From contig NC_045697.1 in NCBI RefSeq assembly GCF_009834535.1, forward strand, positions 51,090,001 to 51,154,000: a DNA stretch of 64,000 nt, in the 5' to 3' direction. Each line of letters begins with the position of its first letter. Positions within the stretch are counted from its first letter, which is position 1. A model generated the notes under the pieces. That model was not told where the DNA came from and searched no databases. It saw only the letters and a program-made list of their open reading frames with translations. The DNA comes from Camelus ferus (Eukaryota). The position numbers and the translations under genes were made by a program. This document shows, one piece after another, positions 12,911-22,970 of this stretch.

Positions 12911-13610
12911 ATGTAAGCACCAATATTATTCAGCCATCTCTCCAGTTGTATTCTGAGCTTTCTAAGAGATTTTACCTTGGTCATTGGTTTCTGTGTGGCA
13001 CCTGGCATATAACAGGTTCCTGGTAGAGGGAAAAATGACTTCCCTCTGATTCTTCAATTTGAAAACCAGTATATGTGCTAGGAATGCTAAATATCTTAAA
13101 ACATATTAAAATGTTATTTTAACATAGCTAAACATCTTAAAAGTCTCCAAAACTTTTCAGTTTTCCTCTCCTTACTTAATTTCTTATAAAACCATCCCTA
13201 AACCTTCTCAAAAAGATTTGAAAATATTCTGAATTAATAGATTTCACAATCTTCCTTAAGATGCTAATTCTTGATATTTGACAAAATGTGGAACCAAGGT
13301 TAACTTTCTTTATATCTAAGTTAAATCTCTTTTAATTAACATTTGACTTTACCTTATTTTGTTCTCAGCAGTGTAAGAAAAGAAAAAAGCATGTTCAAGA
13401 TTTTGTGAAATTAGAGATTGCTCTCTTTAGATCTTTCTTTTCTATTTAAGGCTATGATTCCTATAATGTTTAAAAGCACAGAATCTGAACCATCTCAAGG
13501 AAAGACCTAAATTGCACTATATAACATTTTATGTTCTTGCATTATTTTTCTTTCCTGTTATTGGAATCATCAGTCAAAGAGTTACATTTTTTTTCCTTCA
13601 GGAAACTTAC

Positions 13611-13743
13611 CACGGTAGCATAGCATGCATGAGGATCATCTTTGGCACAGCAGTCCTCCAGTGTGGCTTCATACTCCTTGGCAATTCTCAGCAGCAATGA
13701 GACAGCGTACTCAGGGTGCCTTCTTGCGTATTCATGCAAAAAC
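13611..13743 (-). CDS. ALB: ALB exon 9
   Basis: [44 protein letters not shown]; tag/gtaag; 133 nt. Confidence 0.98.
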
Positions 13744-13864
13744 CTAATTAAGATGAAGATAAAATAGATTTGGTTGGACAAATGAGCAAGAAAAACCACA
13801 TAACTAACCACAAAAGTAACTCATATTCGAAAGGTCTGAATTTGACTAAACCCCACACAGTGAA

Positions 13865-14110
13865 GCTTAGTGACTAAGGACTTGGGAGGTTCAGAGTTAA
13901 ATGTAACAAATCCTGGCTCTGTCATTTATTTTACTACATCACCTCAGGCAACTTATTAAAACTATCAGAGCCTTTGTTTTCTCCTCTGTGGAATGGGGAT
14001 AATAATAGTATCTATATCATAAGGTGAGTTGGGAGAAATACATGACATAATCTCTGCAAAACACATGCTGTCTGGCACCTATTAAACGTTTGATGAATGA
14101 CACCTATTAC
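13865..14110 (+). mobile_element. MIR SINE (ALB intron 8)
   Basis: AAATCCTGGCTCTGTCATTTA...GGCAACTTATTAA...CTCCTCTGTGGAATGGGGATAATAATAGTA. Confidence 0.75.
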
Positions 14111-14891
14111 TATAAGGTATATTTTGCTTGATTTGGACTACACCTCAAAAAGGCTCTGATAGATAAATAGAGATATATTCTAAAATTTTTTTCCTCTCCG
14201 TATGAGTAAAATCTTGATGGGTACATAGTTTTATGAAATATTATTTAGTGTAAAAATACTATTATAATTGAGCAATAAAATGCAAAGTTTATTCACCATT
14301 CTTACTGACTTTATATAATCATTGATTCTGTCATTTAATTATATGCTGCCTTGCCATGTACTGGCCCTCTGGTATGTTTAACCAAATGTAAAGCACCTGG
14401 TAATAGATTTCATACTTCTCTTTATAGTTCTTTGCTGCTATCAGATAGATACATAGATAAGTAGATAAATACAGAAACAAAGATGTATTACATATATTCA
14501 CACATATATATTATAAGTTCAAGAAATACTCTTTGAATGAATGCATGAATGACTAATGTATATAATTTACATATACACAAAATATTTCTACAGGTATTTT
14601 CAGAAATATCTCTAAGACGTAAGGTGTAGGGTGGGGGAGTAAAAATAGACTTTTATTATTACTTTGTACTCTTCTCTATTGATTAAGCATTTGCCGTGAG
14701 CATGTATTATTTTATAGTTTTTAAAAACTAATTAATGTTTTCCAAAAATGTTTAAAGGCTAGGAGAAGAAAGAATAAAGAAACATTGTAGGCAACATGAA
14801 AATTGTAGCAATTCCAAAGGAAAGCTTAAAACAATTTCCTAAATCTCGAGACCATGTAAAACTATGAAAGGATCATTCCTTATCCACTTAC

Positions 14892-15106
14892 ATGCCCAGG
14901 AAGACATCTTTTTCCTCCGTGTAGTGTTTGCAAACGTCCTTATCTTCAGCAAACTGTTCAGTTATTGCAGGCAGGTTTTCTGGCATCTCATCTCTTTCTG
15001 CCTCATGAATGCAGTGGGATTTTTCCAATAGAGGTTTCTCACAGCATTCCTTCAGTTTAGAGGAGATTGTTTCTTGATTGTCACAAAAATACTTGGCAAG
15101 ATCCGC
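14892..15106 (-). CDS. ALB: ALB exon 8
   Basis: [72 protein letters not shown]; tag/gtaag; 215 nt. Confidence 0.98.
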
Positions 15107-16019
15107 CTACAAGCAAGTTGATGGACATCATTCAATGTAAATTGACATCAATACACTTTCTCCCCAGACTTTTATTAGGTTGGTAGAATATGTTCATTGT
15201 ATTCTAACACCATACATGTACCAACTTGCGTTCTGTGAACATTTTCTGTCTGTGCTGCTAAGCCTGGAGATTCAGGTACAACTGTTAAAATATTTCCACT
15301 TGATTAAAAAATCTACTTAGTAATAGGGGCTCATTTAATTTTATATTTCTACTGTTAAAGCATTTACATTTTTAAATTAAAATTCAGTACTGTTTTACCA
15401 CATATTCACCCAAAATTAAGTGCAGGCATTTTGAATTCAAAAGACTAAATAAAATGTTAGAGATTTTTGAAAAATTAGTCAAGAGCATAGTCACAGACCC
15501 TACTTACACATGTAGAATAGCTGCCTTAAATTTTCCAGAAAGTGTCCTGAGAGATTAGAATCCTGATATTTGGTCATAATTTTCAGTTTGAGGAAAACAG
15601 ATAGCATACTAAATATTTGTATTTTTAACATGAAGAGTTAATTAAGGGAGAATATAGAGAAAAATTATATAATTTCCAAAGTTCTCTTCAGAATCTAGCC
15701 TTTTTCCAACTCCTCCCACCTCCTCAAAATAATCTTCTTAGAAATTTACCTTTATAACTGTCTTATTTCAGTTTTAAGATTTTGTTCTCACTTAGAATAT
15801 GACTAAAAGACATCATAAATTAGTAAATGAGTTTATCAAATCATTTAATGAGTAGGATATCAGATTTTTTAAAAATGTGTCACAAGGCAGGGAGAGCACT
15901 GAGCAGATTAGAGCATAGAGGACAATCTCAACCCACTCTCAGTTGTTATGATGCTGAACAAATTGATTCTACCAACTTGAGCATGTAAGTCACCAGAAAG
16001 CACACTGAGGATTCTTTAC

Positions 16020-16149
16020 CCTGTCATCTGCACACTCAAGCAGGTCACCTTGGCAGCACTCCTTGTGGATTTTTGTAAGATCTGTCACTATCTTGGAAAT
16101 CTCTGCAAAATCAGCCTTGGGAAATTTCTGGCTCAGGTGACCTACTGAC
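16020..16149 (-). CDS. ALB: ALB exon 7
   Basis: [43 protein letters not shown]; cag/gtaaa; 130 nt. Confidence 0.98.
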
Positions 16150-17681
16150 CTGAAAAGAAAATTCTCCTATCAAAATATTATTAACATAATATTTTGTGTT
16201 AATATTTTATGTGAAACATAATATTTTGTGGCAACATTTTATGTGAAAGCACTAGGAAAATACTACATATAACAAGAAAATTTAGGACAAAATAATGGAG
16301 AAATAATCTGTAAAATTCATTAGTTCTTATTTCAGTGCTACTTCTCAACCAAATCATTATCTTAGACGAAATGTTTCCTTTGGGCAGAATTATCCATTGT
16401 AAGAATGTGTATGGTGGTCAGAAACCCAGTAATTCATAAAAGCAGAAATCAAAGAGGGATTCCAAAACAGGCTACCTGCTGAGAGGCATCAGGTTTGGAG
16501 CACAGAACTGACTTCCAGATCTGGCTTTATAGCTTATTAATAGTGTGACCCTAGGCAAGTGTGATCTTAGCCTCTCTGAGCGTCAGCCTCTACAGAGTCA
16601 CAACAGCATGCCAAACCAAAGAATGTTGTGAGAATTAAATTAGATAATGCATATGAACCCATTTTATGAACTGGGAGGTTCATGAACCATACAAGCTCCA
16701 GTTATCTTTTTCTTTTCTTAACTAAAACACATTCTTCCTGATTTCTAAAGGTCTCTGAGAAAAGAAATTTCATAACTTCTACAAAATTAGAGTTTTGATT
16801 AAGCACACTTTTACCAAGAAATTGATTTAGCACAGTCTCTAAGCTCGATGACAAGATATAAAAGGCTAATATACACATGTTTTCCCAAATCATTTCAGAG
16901 TTGCCTAAATCTGATAAAAGTTAACTTCTTTCCCCAAAGCAATCATAGCCTGTTTAACTATATCATTTTATGTTAAGGTTTATTGATTTGGTTGCTTTTG
17001 GTGGTGTAGATGGTAGGGATGACAGCCAAGATAGTTCAAGTGACAGTCCCCAGAAGCTTGCAAAATATCTATTCTTTTCATTCTATTTCCTGTTTGTGTT
17101 GATTCATTGTTGACTAGAAAGTGAGGGATTGGGGGTGGACAGAAGGGTGAGCTCCTTGGCTCAGATATTGAAGGATGCTTCTAGAACTAGCTAATAATAC
17201 AAAAACAGAAGCCTAGGTAGAAACAAGAGATTGAGAGCAGAAATGGTGCTACAAGAAAGTGAGAAGAAATCTTGATGGCTGAAATTAATTATCAGCACAT
17301 AAAAAGATAAACAGACACTTTCAGATAATTGGTTGGGGGTTAAGGAGAGATAAAACTAAATAAAAGATCCTGACTACAGCTCTATAAAAGTAGTAGACCA
17401 TTATACTAAGATCTCAATCACTATAAACACATGAAAGTTTAAACACCTGTCCTGGGAGAACAAAAAAGATGTCCTCTAAATTTTTCGACTACTTAGAAAA
17501 CATGTGATAAAAAGTGACAATTTGTCATTGATGCTCTGGTTTTCATCTGTCAAATTTCTACCTTTTGGACAACCCAAAAGATGTATATAAAAGCACTGTG
17601 TAAAATGACATATAAATGTACAATTTTGTCAACTGAATCATCATTTACATCATTATAAAGAAGTAAATTAAGTTAAAATAC

Positions 17682-17779
17682 CATGCTTTGAGAGCTCTAT
17701 CTCCGAATTTTTGGATACTGGTACACCTGAGTCTCTGTCTGGCAGATGAAGCCAATATTCTTTCTTTTAAAGCATCAAG
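17682..17779 (-). CDS. ALB: ALB exon 6
   Basis: [33 protein letters not shown]; cag/gtatt; 98 nt. Confidence 0.98.
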
Positions 17780-18624
17780 CTGCAAAAAAGAAATAATTTT
17801 GAAAAAGTTAGAAAAGAAAAACTCTCCAAAGAACACCCCTTCATTAGGTCAGATGAGACTATGGCAAAGCAAATTTGAAAGAGGTAACTTACACCTAAAT
17901 TCCCAAGTAGTCACTGCTGGCAAATAATTATTTTGCTGTGTAGGAAGAGGAAAAGTCAGTCTGGTCATAGTGGAAACTTTTAGGTAATTAAGAACCATCA
18001 TAGAGGCATTGCCAGGGAAAAGGGAACTAAAAGGAAAAGTGGAAAAACAGAGCACACTAATATCCCAGGGAACAGAATTTTGCTGACTTCTTAATTTTGC
18101 ATACAATCTATTTTCATCCCTCCTTTACCAACTCTCATAATATCCATAAACTCCCTAGAAAAGACAACACAGTACATAATAAATAAATACTTATGGAATG
18201 AATAAATAAACCCAGGCTTCTAGATGCAGTTATATTCTCCCCCACTTTGAATTCCCTACCCAGTAAAAAAAAGTCTCATGAAAAGAGGAACAAAAACTGT
18301 GCCTCTTGGCTGTGCAATTTTACAAATGAGTTTCATTATTTCATTATAGCAACTACCACCATAAAAAGAGGTGGGATATTTAGACACATACACAGTGATT
18401 CCCTCTACCAGATCCACTTTGGCAAATCTTAGAAGGAGGAAGGTGGAAGTCATAACTTTCAAAAAAGGTGAAAGATCTTTAGGGGAGAAAAAAGGGAGGA
18501 AGGCTTTTTTGACCATGTAAAGAAGTTTCTCTCAGAGGCTTAGGTTTCCTAAATCTAGCCTTAAGATGCCCCAAAGCTAAGGATTGATTATCAATTTGTT
18601 CTTTTATTCTTCTCTGGGGAATAC

Positions 18625-18757
18625 CTTTGGTAATAGGCAGGCAGCTTTATCAGCGTCTTTGCAGCATTCTTCAAAAACGTGTTTATATTGGTGAGCATAG
18701 TAAAGGAGTTCTGGGGCATAAAAGTAAGGATGTCTTCTGGCAATTTCATATAGGTAT
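18625..18757 (-). CDS. ALB: ALB exon 5
   Basis: [44 protein letters not shown]; tag/gtatt; 133 nt. Confidence 0.98.
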
Positions 18758-19309
18758 CTAAATTTTTAAACAGAAAAACAGACAGTCATTTTTCTATAGC
18801 AGACAATATTACAGGAACATTTGTAATTAACATTCTCCCCAGAGACTCCAAACCCCAAAGACATCTAATTCACCAACTGAGTGCAATTTGTACATGATGA
18901 CCTTGCATTTGTCATTCTTTAAGTCTGTGAAAAGGTTAAATTTATACATATATACACACACATGCATAAAATAGTTAAATTTCTGTGATTTGCTATTGAC
19001 AAAGATGAAATAAATTCTGAGAATACTAAATATATATCTTTATAACATTTTAATACATGCCAACTTCACATATTTTCATACAGATCATATCCTGTTTCAA
19101 TCAACTCCTAAAGATCTTTGATGGACTTTTTTCATTGTGTAGAATTTTATAGTATCAGATATTATTTCTTTGAAAATTTTGAACATTGTCATTAGAACAA
19201 AACCTTCATCTTAACATTGATAATATTTTTTTGTAATAGTCATTGTTATAACGAGTCTTGATCTATTCCCTAATTTTTAATTTTGAAGCACAAAAATCAG
19301 ATTACTTAC

Positions 19310-19518
19310 TTTCCTCCAAATCTCTTTTCATTTTCCTGGAAGGCTGTGCACAAAGCTTCGGGTTCTGGCTTCAGTTTAGGGAGGTCTGGGTTATCACTTT
19401 TGTGTTGCAGAAAGCACTCATTTCTCTCTGGCTCTTGTTTCTCACAGCAGTCAGCCATCTCACCATAGGTCTCACGGAGAGATGCAACCGTACACAGTTT
19501 ATCTCCAAAGAGAGTATG
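19310..19518 (-). CDS. ALB: ALB exon 4
   Basis: [70 protein letters not shown]; tag/gtaag; 209 nt (one codon shorter than human, as in bovine). Confidence 0.98.
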
Positions 19519-20821
19519 CTAAATGGAAGAGAGCAGGATTCACATTGCTGGGCAGCATTTTATTTTCCTTATACCCAAAACACAGTACTAAAAAATTCAT
19601 ATCCTAGTAAACCTTGGTTAGGAAATCATATAAAAATTCACTTTCTTTCCTCAGGTTTAGAGAGTTTCCCTTGATTTGACCATCTATGTGTAATTTTCAC
19701 AAGAATTAACTTGACACTATTACTTACAGTGAATAAAACAGAAGGGCAAGAAGACAATCAATGGCTTTAAGGAATAAACATAACTCCTATTTCTACCTGA
19801 GACTAAAGGCTAGGAAAGTGATCACTATAATAAAAAGTCAAGGAAAAATAATCCTCTAAGTAATAGATGAATTCACATTAGGGAGGAAAGTATTCAGATA
19901 GTGTCTTGTTTGAGCTGCTGCTTCTTAAGAGGTCCAACTTTTTAGTAAAGACCATTCAAAACTGAGGAGTAACACTATCTACTGTGTATTAATTAAGTTT
20001 TAATTAATTAAGCATTAAAATACAGGTTTTTTAATTCTAGAAATACTTGACTCAAAGCACATTCCATTAAATGAATCCTTTCTGCCCATTAATTTATATT
20101 ATGAAAGTAATTGTAACTTCAGGGGAAATATTCTACTCAAGACAGAATTTATTAATTTTTTTAAAAATTCATATTTAGAGCCATATTATTGTGCAGAGTT
20201 AAAGAACTGATTCTGCCTTGAGGCAGAAGTACATATAGAGAGAAATAAGAAGGAAGGCTTCAGTGATAAATAAAAAATTGCCTGTCCCCAGAAAGGTATA
20301 GATTAAGTGGTGAGAGAAACATAAAGCTCTATCCTTGTATAGAAGATCTCTCTGAAAATACCTGAAGTTCAAAGTCCTGATTTTTTTTATTGTATGTAAA
20401 ACATGAATATTCCTAAATGAGGAAAACATGCTATACTATTATTTTACCCAGGTAACAAAATCAGCACAGAAATCAGCTGAGTACTTTCTGAAGATAAAAA
20501 CTATGCCACCATTAGTAGCCTCTATGAAAAGAAATCTAACTTAAAATTTTAAAAAGAGATTTCTACAAATGAAAAACTTTCATTTAAATATACTATGACT
20601 CTTGTGCGTGTTCTCACTAAAGAAATGTTTTAAAACTGTGGGTATAGCTAGGACATCTCTACCAGAGAAGAAACAATGGCTGCACCCACTTTTGAGTGTT
20701 GCTTACAAATACAGCCATTTAGTAATACTTGAGAAAACTAAAATGGGTTTTTTTTTTTTCATTTTAAACATTCAGGATTCCTTAAAAGAAGAAATACTAT
20801 TCAAAATCAGAATATACTTAC

Positions 20822-20954
20822 AAGTGACTTGTCACAATCTGCAGCTGACTCATCAGCAACACATGTTTTTGCAAACTCAGTTACTTCATTCACTAATTTT
20901 ACATGATCGTCAAATGGGCACTGCTGGAGATACTGAGAAAAGGCAATCAGCACC
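20822..20954 (-). CDS. ALB: ALB exon 3 (contains free Cys34)
   Basis: [44 protein letters not shown]; cag/gtaag boundaries; 133 nt. Confidence 0.98.
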
Positions 20955-21286
20955 CTGAAACAAGGGACATAGAAAAGGGTAGCATAACAAAATTTTAACA
21001 GACAGTAGGTAGCAATGCTAGAAAACAAACTGTGCATCTGTATATGTTCCCTGTTTTACACATCTTTCTTACTATTATCCAGAAAGCCTGTTCACACCAG
21101 CTGTTATCGGAGGTCTAACCAGGTATATGTGGCTTTCTAAGCAAAGAGGATGTGTATTTCCACCATGTCTAAATATATGTTTGTGCATGTCAGTAGATAC
21201 ATACACACAGAGCAGGCGAGCAAAATGCATTGTAAATTGACCTAATTGTTAAGACTGGGGCATTACATCGGCCCCTTAACTATTTA

Positions 21287-21379
21287 TTTGTTTGTTTGTT
21301 TGTTTTAATGGAGGTACTGGGGATTGAATCCAGGACCCCCTGCATGCTAAGCACAGTCTACCACTGAGCTATACCCTGC
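21287..21379 (-). mobile_element. tRNA-derived simple SINE (camelid Vic-1-like) with 18-bp TSD (21269-21286 / 21380-21397)
   Basis: Minus strand GGGTATAGCTCAGTGGTAGA...GCTTAGCATGCA...CCTGGATTCAATCCCCAGTACC (A/B boxes) plus AAAC tail; TSD CGGCCC(C/T)TTAACTATTTA. Confidence 0.88.
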
Positions 21380-21626
21380 CGGCCCTTTAACTATTTAAAA
21401 CAAAACAAAAATCACAAGCACATACTTCATTTAATCAGGCTGTAGGATAAGACAGACCTTGAAAAATAAGCTATTTTCTCACTTTTTAACTAGATTAAAA
21501 AATATTAAAATGGTCTCAAGAAACACCAGAACGATTTGCTAGGTAAAGGAATGTAGTAAGCGAGTTGTTAAAGGAACCACACAGTAAAATCTTTTCCACC
21601 ATGCAGGTTATATAAGAGCTGCAGAG

Positions 21627-21835
21627 CTACACTGTCCAATAAGGTTGCCATTAGCCACAAGTGACAATACATATTTAAATAAATTAAAATTAAATACTGT
21701 TTAAATTTTTGATCCTCAGTTGCACTTGCCATATTTAAAGTACTCAATAGCCACACGTAGCCAGTGACAACCATATTAGGCAACACCAATATAGAATATT
21801 TCCATCAATGCAGATAATTCTATTGGACAGTGCTG
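21627..21835. mobile_element. MER3-like hAT-Charlie MITE (ALB intron 2)
   Basis: CTACACTGTCCAATA...TATTGGACAGTGCTG terminal inverted repeats, 209 bp, internal TAGCCAC motifs. Confidence 0.85.
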
Positions 21836-21932
21836 TTCTAGAATCTCTGATGACAGGGGAATATAAGGACTTCAAAATAATAACTGACACTATTAGAAAC
21901 ATTAAATTTGATTCTACAATATTTTAACTTAC

Positions 21933-21990
21933 AGGCCTTTGAAATCATCTTCTCCCAAATCTTTAAACCGATGAGCAATCTCACTCTTGT
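21933..21990 (-). CDS. ALB: ALB exon 2
   Basis: cag|AC AAG AGT GAG ATT GCT CAT...AAA GGC CT|gtaag; 58 nt; HKSEIAHRFKDLGEDDFKGL. Confidence 0.98.
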
Positions 21991-22725
21991 CTGGGGAGGG
22001 GAAAAAAAGGAGACAAAAAAATAAAAAGATTTGCTTAAATTATGAAGAAACAACTGTTTAAGATACTATTTTTTCTGTTTCTCTCCATTTGACTTAGGTA
22101 TTCATTTGTTTCAAGATATTGGGCTCTGATCCCTACAGAAAATCTTAGGATGGTGGTGAATTATTTCTTCTGCATTTAAACAGAAGAGTTATTTAATCAC
22201 CATGATGCTATTTGAAAAAAAGTCATTAAAATCATTAAATATTTATAGCTTTACATTCAAACTCAGACAAAAGCTAATGCTCTTGTAGTGTCTATTAATA
22301 CCTACTAAGAGGAATGTTCGAAGTGAAAAATAGAAATACAAGTTCTAGTAGTAACATTAACAATACAGGTTTTGTTTTGTTTTGTTTTGTTTTTATAAAT
22401 TAAGGTACAGTGGACAGGCCCTTGGGAATTTGAAGTTTTGAATTCTATCTTCAACTATATTCTGTTAAGTTTAAGTCACTCTGCATAAGCTCCTTCATGT
22501 GCAAAAGGAAATTATAAATACTAAACAATTCTCACTATTTTTTCACCTAGGATGTTAGAAATATATTAATAAAATGACTGCTTAAGGGTTCACAAATACA
22601 AAATATAACAGTCCAGAAATAAGCGCTAAAGGGAAACTTACTTCATTAAAGATTCAAGGTTTACTGACACTTTCTTTTACTAGGAAAATAAAATAAGTTG
22701 AACAATAGAAAAATAGAATTCTTAC

Positions 22726-22804
22726 GTGTATCTCGACGAAACACACCCCTGGAATAAACAGAGCTGAAGAGAAAGAGAAGGGAAATAAAAGTCACCCACT
22801 TCAT
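22726..22804 (-). CDS. ALB: ALB exon 1 coding part (signal peptide, propeptide RGVFRR, start of mature DT)
   Basis: ATG AAG TGG GTG ACT...CGT CGA GAT ACA C|gtaag; 79 nt. Confidence 0.98.
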
Positions 22805-22842
22805 TGTGTCAAAGGCTTGCGAGGCTGACAGAAGAGAAAAGG

Positions 22843-22970
22843 TAGGATGTGTAGAGGGAAATCAGCATTAATATACTTCTTTAGCCAATAATTGTAGATT
22901 ATTAACTAGACTCATCTTTGTATTTCATTGGCTCACAAATGATTACAAAATTCATAGCATTCTTGCCAAA
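22843..22970 (-). promoter_or_regulatory. ALB proximal liver promoter: TATA (TATATTAA 22868-22875), HNF1 (GTTAATAATCTAC 22894-22906), CCAAT/NF-Y (22927-22931), C/EBP site D (ATGAATTTTGTAATC 22941-22955), NF1 (TTGGCAAG ~22955-22969)
   Basis: Motifs read directly, in the order and spacing of the classic mammalian albumin promoter. Confidence 0.92.

Larger units (their letters stand above)
6904..22843 (-). other. ALB: Serum albumin gene (15 exons, 14 coding), full transcription unit
   Basis: Manually spliced exons give a 1824-nt [41 protein letters not shown]...EGPLLVAATRTALA* (607 aa). Exon sizes 79/58/133/209/133/98/130/215/133/98/139/224/133/68 match the mammalian ALB architecture, and all introns are GT-AG. 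Ends approximate. Confidence 0.99.

Noticed and set aside
8733..20958. Plus-strand ORFs overlapping ALB exons (e.g. 8743-9159, 19258-19674, 20602-20958)
   Set aside because: Antisense or intronic chance ORFs with no recognisable protein similarity.
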